Below are positions 13,402-26,261 of a stretch of 64,000 nt of DNA, one piece after another. The notes beneath the pieces were generated by a model that was not told the DNA's origin, made no database searches, and saw nothing but the letters and a program-made list of their open reading frames with translations. Within the stretch, counting starts at the first letter, position 1; every line of letters starts with the position of its first letter. Both the position numbers and the translations under genes were made by a program. Source of the DNA: Chrysomallon squamiferum (Eukaryota; Animalia; Mollusca); contig CM022670.1 in the NCBI GenBank assembly GCA_012295275.1, positions 16,306,001 to 16,370,000 of the forward strand, given 5' to 3'.

Positions 13402-15522
13402 AAAAAAAAAAAAAACCCCGATAACAACTCCACAAACACATAAAACAATTGAAAACTTGTTTAGGATGTATCGTAATTTTGTTTTTAAGCACAATGCCAC
13501 AGAGAAACCTGTAATTAAATAAACCATGATATGACAAAACCTAATTTCAAATCTAATTTAAGTGTACCTCCAGTAATATTAATAAATTATTTATACGTTA
13601 AAATCCACCACTATCATGACTATGTTCTGGGAAACATATAGCTGCTAGTAGTTTTACATTTAGAAACCTGATTTAATCGATCCGCTAGGTATAGAGTTAT
13701 GTCTGGACTAAATAAAAAAATGCATGGTGATGGTCAGTATTTTAAACCATTTTTTTTTTTTTGTTATTAATTATGCCTACCACCAAGCCGGTAATGTTTC
13801 TATTTTTAGCACCCGTGCGATACTCTGAAACTTCAGGGTTCTGACACCTTCCTTGAGGAGGGGGCGGTAAAATTTCTTTAGCCTATAAGCTGCAAGCACA
13901 TTAAATCCAACCGTGTTTATATGTTCTGTTTATGATAATAACTGTATATAGTGTGTTTCTATTGAAACTGAAAAAAATAACATTGCAAATAGAGATTCAC
14001 AAAAACAAATTTATAATTGTAGATAGGTTGATAAATAAATGTGGGATACATTTATCTGGGTACTTGATCACTACTCCCATCTTGAAAATAAGTGAATTCT
14101 TTTTTTTTTTTTTTTTTTTAAAAATGAAGTAAAAACATTCATCCCTAAATCCATTTATCATTGTTCCTTATTTTCAAACATGTTGTATTGTGCCCCAGTT
14201 TTTTAATTAAAGTGCTGCAATAATACAGTAATGTTTTTGTCAAAAGAAACTTGGCATGGAGCTTACTTACACATACATTATCATAGACCTCAGTCTCCTA
14301 AACTCAGGTATGGATCCTGGAAATGCAAGTAAGGATGCTAAGTAGCTTAAAGAGCTAGTCAGCAACTGGTGGCAAATGTTGAAAGGTTGAGCACCACCAA
14401 AATCCTGCTAGGAGGTACAGGGACATGCTGCCCCCAGAACACATTGAAAAATCTAGTGTAATCTGGTACATTCTGGAGACAAAAATATCAATTTGAAAGT
14501 AATGAATATTTCTGGACAAGTTTCAAGGTTGGGTTTATAAAAGAATTAAGCTTATTACCATACTCACAATTATAAGACTTTAGCAGTAAACAGCAGGACT
14601 AACGTTCCTTGTGCAACCAGCACAAACAGAAATCACTGGATAAAAGTTGTCTATTAATTATCAGGTAGCCTTCTGATAACTCACTCTCTGTAAATCTTGA
14701 CATGAAAAAGTAAGGATTGCGCACTTGTTTGTTGGTATTGTCTTTCGTACCAAAATGTGAAAGCTGAAAACTGTATAAATGGATGTTTGACAACTTTGAA
14801 GACTGGATCAATAGGCCCATAAAAACCATAGTATGTTGTCAAGGAACTATGATGATGACATTTTTCACCGACTTCAATGGTTTCTCGTAGACAATTCCAT
14901 TAGCAGAATTAAGGCTTAGGTCCATCGGTTCCTCTGCCTTTGATCTCATTTTCCTTTTAGTGAATCCCCAGAACAATTTCAGGATCATTTTTCCATGCCT
15001 ATGGGTGTTTGTTTCTCACAAAGACAACTCACGTTGTGTCCCCAACCCCTAACTTTTAATAATGATTAGTTTATAGATACACGCACACACTCACAGAGGA
15101 GAAATTTCATTTTGAATTCTTAATTTGATAATCCCCAGTGATTTTCGAAAACAACTCGTATTACGAGCCGAACGATTATGCACCAGCATAGACCATGCAA
15201 TAATATGCGACTGAGAATTTTGATCAAAACACACAAGAAGTTTTGAACTGTCACAGTCACAATATATTAATATCATGTAATATTCAGGACGAAATGACAA
15301 CCAATTAATAAATATGTGTAATAATGGACCCCATATATTAAGTTATGTCTCTTCAAGAATTCATTTCGGTTCTTACTGCTTATTTGGCCAACCGGATATA
15401 CATTCTAAAATGATTCATAAAACTTGAGGAAACAAGACTAATGTTGTGTTGGCAAATGGAATATCCATCTTTGGACTGTAACTGACTGTTTTAATGAAAC
15501 CGTGATTGTACCTTCTAGCAGT

Positions 15523-18500
15523 ATGGCTAGACACCGAGCAGTACGGTCAATGAATATAGATGATGGTATATTAGTTCCTTTATTTTTGTTTTTGTTTGTT
15601 GACCACCAGCAGTGGCACTAGTATAGTACTACTAGTACTAGTCTACTTTCATACCTCCCAATATACAGTAACAAGCATATTTTACTCGCATTTCTCAGGT
15701 GACATATTGATATATGTTACGTAATATAAATATCAGTTACATTTTGGATTTTACCTACCACTGATTGTTTTATTATTCCTACAAACATGTCAAATTTCTA
15801 ACTTCTTTTTGGAATTTATTTAAATATTATTTGAAATAAAAGATCAAATAGTTGAAGTAGTCTGTGTGTGTGTTTTACAACATTTAACTGATAAAGTACT
15901 AATAAATCTGTAACTAATAAATATTATTGTGTTTGTGTTTGAAATTGAATGTTAATCAGAAAACAGAAAATTGTGCTTCCCTGTATCTGTTTTTAAGGTC
16001 AGTCCTTATATAGATATATACAGAAGTCAGTATTATAACTAAAGTGTAATATGTTTTTCAGTACCTCTTCAATCAATGTTTATTTTATTTAAAAAAAAAA
16101 ATTTAATTGCTTTTTAATAGTTTACAACTGTTTGTCTTTTTAATAGTTATTAGTTTATGAATTTTTAGAGTATTTGGTGTTTTTCTTAAACAAATTAAAC
16201 AAAACTGATTAAATAGATAAAGCCAAATTATACAATACTTTGTCACTGCTTGTGGTCTCAGGTAGGCCAGATGGCATGTTATATACAGTGTGTGGCAAAA
16301 ATAATGGCCTTTTTAATATTCATTTAATGGCAATATGTTCAATATATATTGTAAAACATATTTCAAGTATTGTTTAAGGAACAGGTACAAAATTTTATTA
16401 TATAAAACCAAAAAATGCTTAGAAAGTTATACAATATAAAATGAATAACAAACTACAACAAAAAAAAAAAAAAAAAAAAGGGCAATATTTTTGCCAGATC
16501 TAGTAGATTTCCAGCTTCCACCATCAACATATCACAGCCACATTGAACTGGGAATGATAGAGAAAATTGATTAAAATGGAGTTAATAACTTTTAATTTAA
16601 CACATTTTGGAAGTACATGACTTTTAATCATTGAAATAAAGTGGATTTTCAATTCAAACCACTTTTGGGTTATAACAAGGAAGATATAGTATAGAATCTA
16701 TGAATAAAATTATATGGTGGCTATGTTTATTGACATTTCAAAATTGTTTTACCTAGTTTTGGCTCATTACTCATTATGGAGTCTGTGTGACTTAATAAGA
16801 GTATTCTGGGGTGTATTTGAAGTCATATATAATTTTTAAATAATTATGGGATTCTTACAGTGGTTTTTATAAACTAGTCTTATATAAAAATAATAAAGTC
16901 TAATAATAGCTATGTCACTGAAATTGGTGAAAAATTAAAAAGAAAAATTGTATTTCTAGAATTGGATGAAGATGATGATTACCACTATGGCCATTCTCTT
17001 GAGGAAAACTACTGTATTTCTCCAGCAACAGGTAATAATAGCAATGCAACTATTCAAATACATATTTATAAACAGTTTTCACAAAGAATAACATACAATT
17101 GCTTTTTTGACCTATTTCAGACATGATTTTGGTATGGATGCCACACATAAACACTTTTTTCAAAGGCTTCTTGTTTGAAAAAAAAAAAAAGACCAGTATG
17201 TTGATTGATTGATCAGAAAAACACATACTGTTATTTCTCTTTTCAAATTATTCTTATTATTTTTTTAGCTGCTCAGTTTACATTCAATCGAGATGCACAT
17301 ACAATGGCCTCCTATATGGCAGAGCCTGATATTCCTGAAGTAGAAAATGAGGTAGAAGAAGATGAAAATCCTTTAGAATCATCAACAGGGAACCTAAGGA
17401 AACAACTGAATGATATTGATATTGGTATAATGATAACAATTTCTTTAAAAATGTAATAAAATCTGATACATATAATTAAAATTTGAAATTAATAGATACG
17501 AAAACCTAGATAAAAAAACCCCTTAGATAACAATATGTATACTGTACATTAAAAAAATGGCTTGAAATGAAAGATGCTTTATATTTCACTTATCTAAGCA
17601 GAAAATAGTTATATATTTCACACACTGACAACTGACTATTTACTAAATATGCACTTTACTATCAAGTTACTGAGCGTCACTGCTAGCTTAAAGCAGTAAT
17701 ATCTAAAATGTTTACTTATGTTTATTATTTACAGCTAGACTAAACAGTTGTTTGGAAGAAATACACAATATTTTAGGGGAAACAGCTTCAGAACAGATGA
17801 TTACTGAAGTTGTCTTGAGAAAAAAGTTTGATGTTGAATCATCGCTTAATGAACTTTTATCTCAGCAAGCTCAAGGTATGTTCACTAATACAAGTGTCAT
17901 TAAAACAGTTGCAAACAGCTACACTATATACAAAGTTGTGTTAAATTAGTCCGACAATATTTAATAGGTGATTAGCTATGGTTTATAATATTGTTAACAT
18001 TACAGTATGTTACAACTAGTCATTCTTGGTTTTATGTAGATAATAAAATAAAAATTTCCAAATATATCTTTATTATAGCATGTTTAGATTGCGATTAATT
18101 TTGTATGAACAGTTTTGATGATAAACAGATTTCAAAACTGCATAGATTGCTGTTGTCTCCAAAAACATTAAGCAGATATTTAAAAAAATTTAATTTTAGA
18201 GTATCTTGATTGTAAGCAGTTGATTATTAAGATTTTATCATCTTTCTTCACATCATTGCAATTTTTAAATCATTATTTAAAGACCTTTACATTTGAATGA
18301 AAACAAAAAATTAAAAAAAAGTTCTTTTTGATTTACAAAAGAATTACATGATGATGTACATTTTTTTTTCACCTTGAAACCTTGAAACTTTTCTGTTTGT
18401 TAAAGAGTTACTCTGAAATACATAGTTACATAGTGTAGTTCAGTATTAGCTGTTTGTTTTCTCACTTTGTGAGAAAAATATAAAATATATTAAATAATAA

Positions 18501-21500
18501 ATTCATCTGTGTGATAGTTTTATGTTTTTAAAATTTGTCTTCATACAGACATTTATAATTTGTATTTGTAGAAGCACCAAAACCTCAACGAGCTCCACGT
18601 CAGAAAAGAAACCGATCACAAGGTTAGTTTTATATTCTCTGTCTTTAAACTGTTCTGTATGTTTAAATCATCACTGGTCTGATGACATGGTTTATTTTTC
18701 AACTAAATAATTTCATAACTAAAATTTTAAAAGGTATAAAATATTTACAACACTATTAAATTTATTCACATTCCTGATTAAGTAACATTTTTTTAATATA
18801 CTGAAATATATGTTATTTATAAATTATTTGACATTTATAACTAACAGGCTGCCTTTGTTTTGTTTTCTTTTTTTTTCATATCTGCTTTGTCTTGAAATCA
18901 TTTATGCCCATCCTGCTGATCTGTGGTTCCTAATGTTATTATTTGTCCACCATTGGTCTTTGGCATATGTAAGGTAAGGAGACAGTGATAGTGATAGTGA
19001 TAGTGATGTTAATATATCTCCAGAAATTACCGAAATTTCTCAAAATGACAAAAGCAAACAAAAAATACCTTTTTTCAGGACACATTCCTCTGAAAAAATA
19101 GTGTCTCACACTTGTAATGGTTTTATTGCAAAGTGTGACCCTGGTTTATTAGATAGTCTTGCTAAACAGAAAAATCAAGTAAATGACAAAAACCATCTTA
19201 AAACAGTTTCTCTTTCAGAGTTAGTTGAAAAAAATAAACAGATAAATTCATTTTTTAATCAGAAAAACTTGTCGAAAGTTGCTTCTGAAACAACGGTTCC
19301 TTTATCAAAACTGGCAGATCAGAATAGGCAAAGCATAAAAACTGGTGATGCTACTAAATTGTCTGTAAACTTAAAACCACAGACTTGTGGGCAGACAAAA
19401 TTTGGCCATAAAGATAGTGAGTCAATTTGTTTATCTCTCTCAGAGCTTGCTAATAGACACAACGCTCAGTCTGCTGCAGTTTTCCCGTACATCTTTGATT
19501 GTTGAGGCGAGCAAAGTCCAACAATTTGCTGCAGCCTCTTCAAATGAAATCACCAAATCTGATGGTCCTTCATGTAGAATAGGTGAAAGTAAAAATGTTC
19601 TCACTAGAAATAACTTTGACAAGAAGGAGAAAAATTCTCCATCCTTAGCAGATTTGGCCAAGCTGAATCTGTCATCTGTCAACTTTAATAATGGAAATAT
19701 TAAATCTGCTAATTATTCTCTGGCAGATTTAGCCAAAAGGCATAAATCAGTAGCAAATGTGGCTGATACAGTTACCCCCAAACCAAAAGTTGAATTAAGC
19801 ACATTATTGTTGTCGGATCTGGCAAAAACACATAAAAGAAAAGAAGTACTTTCAGAACCTCTTAACACTGCTCAGAAAAAATCTGTGTCAGACAAAAAAA
19901 GCAAATTGTCAACAGAAAATAAATCAAAATTAAAATCTGTGGAACAGCCTTTGCCTTGCAATCACAGTATAATAACCTTTCATAGGGTGATGGCATGCAA
20001 GTCACTGTCTGATCTAAATAATCAAAATCCTTCGATGTTTGGTAAAGCTTTGAGTCTCAGGTATTTCAAGAGTGATAAAAGAAACAGTTGCTCAAGGTTT
20101 TTGAAATACTCTTTCAAAAGTCAAACACATGGTCAGACTGATCCACTAGTATCTACTTTACAACATGTGACAGCTTTTGATTTTTCTACACCATCACCTG
20201 ATGACATTATTCTGCTGAGACAAAAAGAAGCATATAAACGAAATGGAAATGAGATATAATCTGCAGATATCAGATATAAACACATGGAATATATAGAATT
20301 GGGTCTTAACCTTTTCTTATTCATTATAGATGTAGTTAGTATCATGTAGTGTGCTTATCAGCCACTGTTTCCCTGTGTTTTCATAATGATGCATAGAAGC
20401 TCTATTACCCAGTTTAGAATCATCGGCATATGGAAAAATCACAATAACACTGAAATGTTGTTGATCTTGTATTTGAATCTTTTACCCAGCATAATTATAT
20501 TTTCTAAATCAAAACAACTTTTTACACCTGTACATTTTTTTTCTTGTTTTTTAACTGTGTGTGTATATATAAGACTTTCTTTCTATTTTTGTATTTTATT
20601 TTCATATGACTGTCACATACTTTATCATTATTTTTTTTAACATGCGCCCAATACATAAGAATTTGTTTGGAACCTTGGCCTAATAAACATACTCCAACAA
20701 TTTTATTTAAATTCTTAAAATTATTTTAGTCAATGATATATAGTTGTACAGCTTAATCATGGTGTAAATAGTACTATGCTATTAAATTTTCTTTGTTGCC
20801 AAAATCTATTCATTGTTAAGAAGGCCTAAGTCAGATAGTTTTAATAACTGTTAATGCTATAATGTAATTATTAATCTTAAATTACAAAGAATAATGAAAT
20901 GGATTTTTAAAAAGATTTTTGATTTGTGTGGCAGGTGTTGTGGATGTGCTTAAGAATGATATAACGATGTGAAAAAGAATTCCAGTTTATGAATAAACAG
21001 GATAAGAAACAGACACAGGCTTATTTGAAGATTTGTTTATCTAAATTTACATTCATCTTAAAATGGTTTACAAACTCATTACAAAACTGGTATAAGTTTT
21101 TAAAAAAGGCAGTAAGAAATGTTGTGTTAAATGTTGTTACTATATTATTGTTGATATTTGATGTGTATGTGTACGTGTATGTGATTGTTTGTTATAAATG
21201 TGTTGAAAATCTATGTATGTATACATATAAGTACGTATATATGTATGAATACACACACACATATGTATGTATGAATATATATGTGTGTGTGTATATTCAT
21301 ACATATATACGTACTTATATGTATATATATATATATGTAGGTTTGTATGTATGTATGTATATATGTGTGTGTGTGTGTGTGTGTTCATTTTATTTTTGAT
21401 AAATCATAAAATCTTGATGGTTTTTAAGTTTTTAATTTCTTAATTTTTAAAATTAGATTAAATGATATTGTTGAAGCTGTATATACAATTATTACTCAGT

Positions 21501-22305
21501 GAAATGTGTTCTCTGGGGTGTATAATATTGTAATATGTTGTTTCTAAAAAAAAAAAATGATTTTTTGTTTAATCTGTACTAGAATTTTTATTTTATACAG
21601 ACAGACAACATATATAACATGTATGCGTGTTATTATATAAGGTTTTGTTTATTGATTTTATTAAAAAATAGTCTATTTAATTTGATTAATCTTCTTATAG
21701 GAGCTTATACTAAATTTTTATTTTGTTTTATTTTTTCATTTTATTTTTTAACATTAAAATATTAATAGTATAATTGTAATCAGAATATAAACATTTTACA
21801 TAAGTACTAGTATTATGGAAATAAATATGAATAATACTTCTTTTGTTGTAATTTATTTTTGGTTTCATAATTTAGAAAATTGGGTGTATCATGTCTTGTT
21901 AATACTGATGATTAGATAGAAATAGTTTTTGTTCAGTGATTTTGAATGATGAATGTGTACACTTAGTTTAATACGTTTTTCTATGATATGAAATGTGTGT
22001 GATGGAATTCTATGATATAAAATGTGTGTGATGGAATTCCTCCATTTTCGTCTACTACCTATTTTAAATCTTTTAAATTGACTTTGATCACAAATTTTAA
22101 AACATGTCTGTGATAAATATTTAGTATTTTATATTTTTTGTATTTAAACTGTATTTTTATCATTTTACTGTATTATGATATATTGAATAGCTGGTTAATG
22201 TTTTGTGCTGGTGTGACATTGAACAAACGGTCAGTCAATAGCTATAAATAATATACAGCTCAGTTTAGTTGAATATCCAGAGAAAAGTTATATTTTTAGA
22301 TGGTC

Positions 22306-22342
<37 letters not shown>

Positions 22343-25300
22343 TAGATACACTGCATGATGCTGCAAGTTGAATGTAGACTAAACTTTTTTCATTTTATTC
22401 ATAATGTACTAATTTTCACCATTCCTGGTTTAAAAATGATGAATAAATTCAGGACATCCCACAAAGACTAGGCTTTTAAATAAGAGATCTTATATTCTTT
22501 GTCAAAGAGAAGTCATATTTTTTAAGAGTGTCTAACTCAGTATTGTCAAAGAGGGGTCATATTTTTTAAGAGTGTGTCTAACACAACATTATGAACAGAG
22601 AGGTTCTATTTTGTAACAGTATGTCTAACACAACATCGTCCAAAAGTGATCATATTTTGTAACAGTGTCTAGCACGACTTTGTCAGAGGGGTCGTATTTT
22701 TTAAGAGTGTGTCTAACACAACACTGTCAAAGAGAAGATACATTTTGTATCAGTGTCTAATAAAACATAATACACAGTTATCAAAGAGAAATTATATAAT
22801 ACAGTAAATCTAATAAAATATTGTTGAAGAGTACTGTATTGCTTAAATATGTAGGTGGGTGCATCATTTAAAACATTGTACCAAATGCTGATTTTACGAT
22901 TTTATTCAGTAGAAAATATTAATTAAAATACAGTAAATAATTTTTTTATAAATTATCACCATAATTCTTGAAAAGTGGTACTAATTCCACACACTTACAT
23001 TAAAACATTTACAGGGTTAATTCATAATGGAATCTTTTCCCCTATATAATGAAAAGAAAACTGACCAGAAAATTTCATTTTACATCTCAAATTATACATG
23101 GAAAAAAGAAGAAAACTAATGAGGTAATTATGATTTGAATATACCAGATGGGTGTATTTTTGAATGTATATGCTTGTGTGTGTATGTGTGCATGCATAAG
23201 TATCTGTGTGCTTACATTTTTAATGAAAAAAAATCACTCAACTGTTGTCATAATTCCAATAATTACTTCCAGAAATTAGTTCAGAAACTCAGGCTCTAAA
23301 AAATCGTGCTGCTGGCTTTGAAACCTCTGTGAAATCTGCAAGTGACATTTCTAATTCTGTGGCAAAAGTGACTATAACACCTAAAAAAGAACCAGTGAGA
23401 GGCTTTGACACAACACCCAACACCTCACCAGTTAAAACAGGTAAAAGTGTTGACGATGGACAGAAACAGGAGGATGTGGTTAGTACTGTGACTAAAACTG
23501 CTGGTGTTTTCACTGTTTCCAGCACTGATAAAAATTCTGATCAGAAAACTTCAGAGACAAACACAACAAATGTTGTAACAACTCTTGCCTCAGAGTCTGA
23601 TCATACGCCAGCTAAAGATTTGAACTTCAGACCTCCATTACCGAAATCATCTTCAAAGTAAGTTTAATATTAGTTTGTTTTACTGATAGTAACATAAAGT
23701 CTAGACAAGAAAATGTTCTAAATATTTATAAAAATGTAACTGCACAAATGAATCAGATGTGTTCACAAATAAAATTAATTTATTACATTATGTTCAGAGA
23801 TGTCTCTAACGATAATTCATTAACTTCTTCATATTGGTAATTGTTCGTATATATTGTTAAAAAACGTTTTTAATTCAAATGCAAATGTTGAAGGGTGTTT
23901 TTTGCTGTTTTTGTTAAAGAAATTTTTATATTGTTTTTATTAAAAAAAGATCAAAGCCTAAATTCATTGCCAAGGATGAGTATTCAAAACGCCAAGGTGA
24001 CAAAGAACTAATAAATCTGGTTGTTATTGGTAAGTTTTTAAACAGCATGATATTCCTTTTTCTTTATATATCTGTTACAGAAATATTTTATTTTATATCA
24101 TATTGAAAATGAATATTTCACTTACAAGGCTCTCACACATAAACATCTTAAAATTATTTTTTGGGGCTTTCTTTATATATATAAACAACAATAATATTAA
24201 TTAAAGGTTAAAAAAAGGAAAAGATATAACATGTTTATTATTAAAACAGCTCTTATGATAATATGCTTTATATCAAAAAGTGTTATGGTTGTAGGTCATG
24301 TTGATGCTGGTAAGAGCACACTGATGGGCCATCTCTTGTATCAGCTGGGATCTGTCAACAAGAAGGCAATGCATAAATATGAGCAAGAATCTCGAAAACT
24401 GGGCAAGGGATCATTTGCCTATGCATGGGTTCTAGATGAGACAGAGGAAGAAAGGTATTTTATTATTTCCTTAAAACAACTTCACTCCAGTAAAAAGTTA
24501 TATTTTATATTTCCATTGGAGTCAGTTTAATGTATCAAGTACGATAAATTTTACATTTGATATTTTATTACTAAGCAAGGTTGTTTTATTTTAGTTTGGT
24601 CCAAGTAAAAATGTTGGTATATATATGAGATGTGTATTAAAACAAAACAGGTGGTGTGTGATTTTACAGGACAAGAGGGGTGACCATGGATGTTGCACAG
24701 ACTCAGTTTGAGACACCTCACAAAATTATTACACTGTTAGATGCACCAGGACACAAAGACTTCATTCCTAACATGATCACAGGTTAGTTGGGCTATGAGA
24801 GTGTGTGTGTGTGTGTGTGTGTGTTTGTGTGTGTGAATGCATATATTAATGTATGTGTGTCTGTGTGCCAAATGGACATATCTGTGTTTTTGTTTTTGTG
24901 TCTGTTTGTGCATGTAAAATCTATATATTTATGTATTTGTGTGTTTGTCCCTGTCTTTGTATATTTACTTAAGGATGAAATTTTAAATTAATTTATTATG
25001 GTGAACCTTTCAAATGAAGTCTGTCAGGTATATTTATTTTTGGTTATGTTGCTTTGTAAAAACTGTTATGATTATGTTTGTAGGTGCAGCTCAGGCTGAT
25101 GTTGCAATTTTGGTAATAAATGCTACAAAAGGAGAATTTGAAACTGGATTTGAAGCAGGAGGACAAACCAGAGAACACACAGTTTTAGCTAGATCACTTG
25201 GTAAGCACTATGTTTTAATAACAGTTTTATTGAATATTTGCTCAAAAGGTGCTGCGCACTACCTGGAGTTGATTTTATGAAGAGGATTGTTGTATTTCTT

Positions 25301-26194
25301 ATCATAAATGCAAACAAAAACATTTTGTTGACTGTTTTTGATTACGGTTGACAAACTCATGGTTCAAAATGCTGCAGTTCACCATAATACTGTTACTACG
25401 ATTAATTATTTTAGTTTGAAAAATATTTTTTTAAATAATATTTAAATTGTTGACAGAAAAATGACAATCAGATTATCATAATTAAATCCTTTTCATTTGG
25501 ATTGATACTGCTGATGGCATAATACTTTTAAAAACCTCTTTTTTTTCCCATTGACTAAGACAACATTTTATTTGAAGTTAACAGTAAAGTGCATTGGAAG
25601 AAATATTTCTAAATATGGCTTTTTTTGTAGGATTTTCCACCCATATATACTTACTGATTTAGATTATAAAATTAGATGATGCAAATTCAAGAATGTAAAG
25701 TGTGTTTAATGTTTTTCTAAAGGCGTGTCTCAGCTGATAGTGGCTGTAAACAAAATGGACACTGTGGAGTGGTCGTCTGCTCGCTATGATTACATTGTGA
25801 AGAAGATTGGACAGTTTCTGAAACAAGCAGGATACAAGGAAGCTGATGTTTCATTCATCCCCTGCAGTGGTTTGGGGGGAGAAAACCTTTCAGAGCCCGT
25901 TAAAGACCCTTTTCTCTCCTCGTGGTATAACGGCCCAACACTGGTTGAACAGATTGGTGAGTTCTCAAAATCTAAGTAACACTCACATGTATTACTTTTC
26001 TTCTTGCATGTAATGCACTGTTTTATAATTGTCATTGTATTCTACATAGGACTGTGGTTGTGATAGTCATTCACATGTTGAAAAAAGTTAATGTATTTGT
26101 AATTTTATATCAGTCAGATATTCAGTGGAATTATCACAAGAATTTTTAAAAATTAGTAATTTATGCTAATGCATGATTTTATATATATATACAT

Positions 26195-26261
<67 letters not shown>

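Noticed and set aside
14280-15300. Complex segment between ITPA and HBS1L with small ORFs and a GGGACATGCTGCCCCCAGAA repeat-like motif
   Set aside because: Probably decayed transposon/MITE material, but I could not identify termini or a convincing protein motif.
19417-19443. GTGAGT...TCTCTCTCAG mini-intron as a fix for the Ski7-exon frame break
   Set aside because: Only 27 nt, a multiple of three and too short, so it cannot change frame.
19503-19505. TGA readthrough or selenocysteine at the end of frame A
   Set aside because: Frame A hits another stop 13 codons later, and the conserved motifs are in the +1 frame.
22497-22830. CRISPR-like appearance of regularly spaced repeats (also 8500-8825, 32365-32475)
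   Set aside because: Eukaryotic introns/UTR; units are contiguous and degenerate with no unique spacers and no cas genes.
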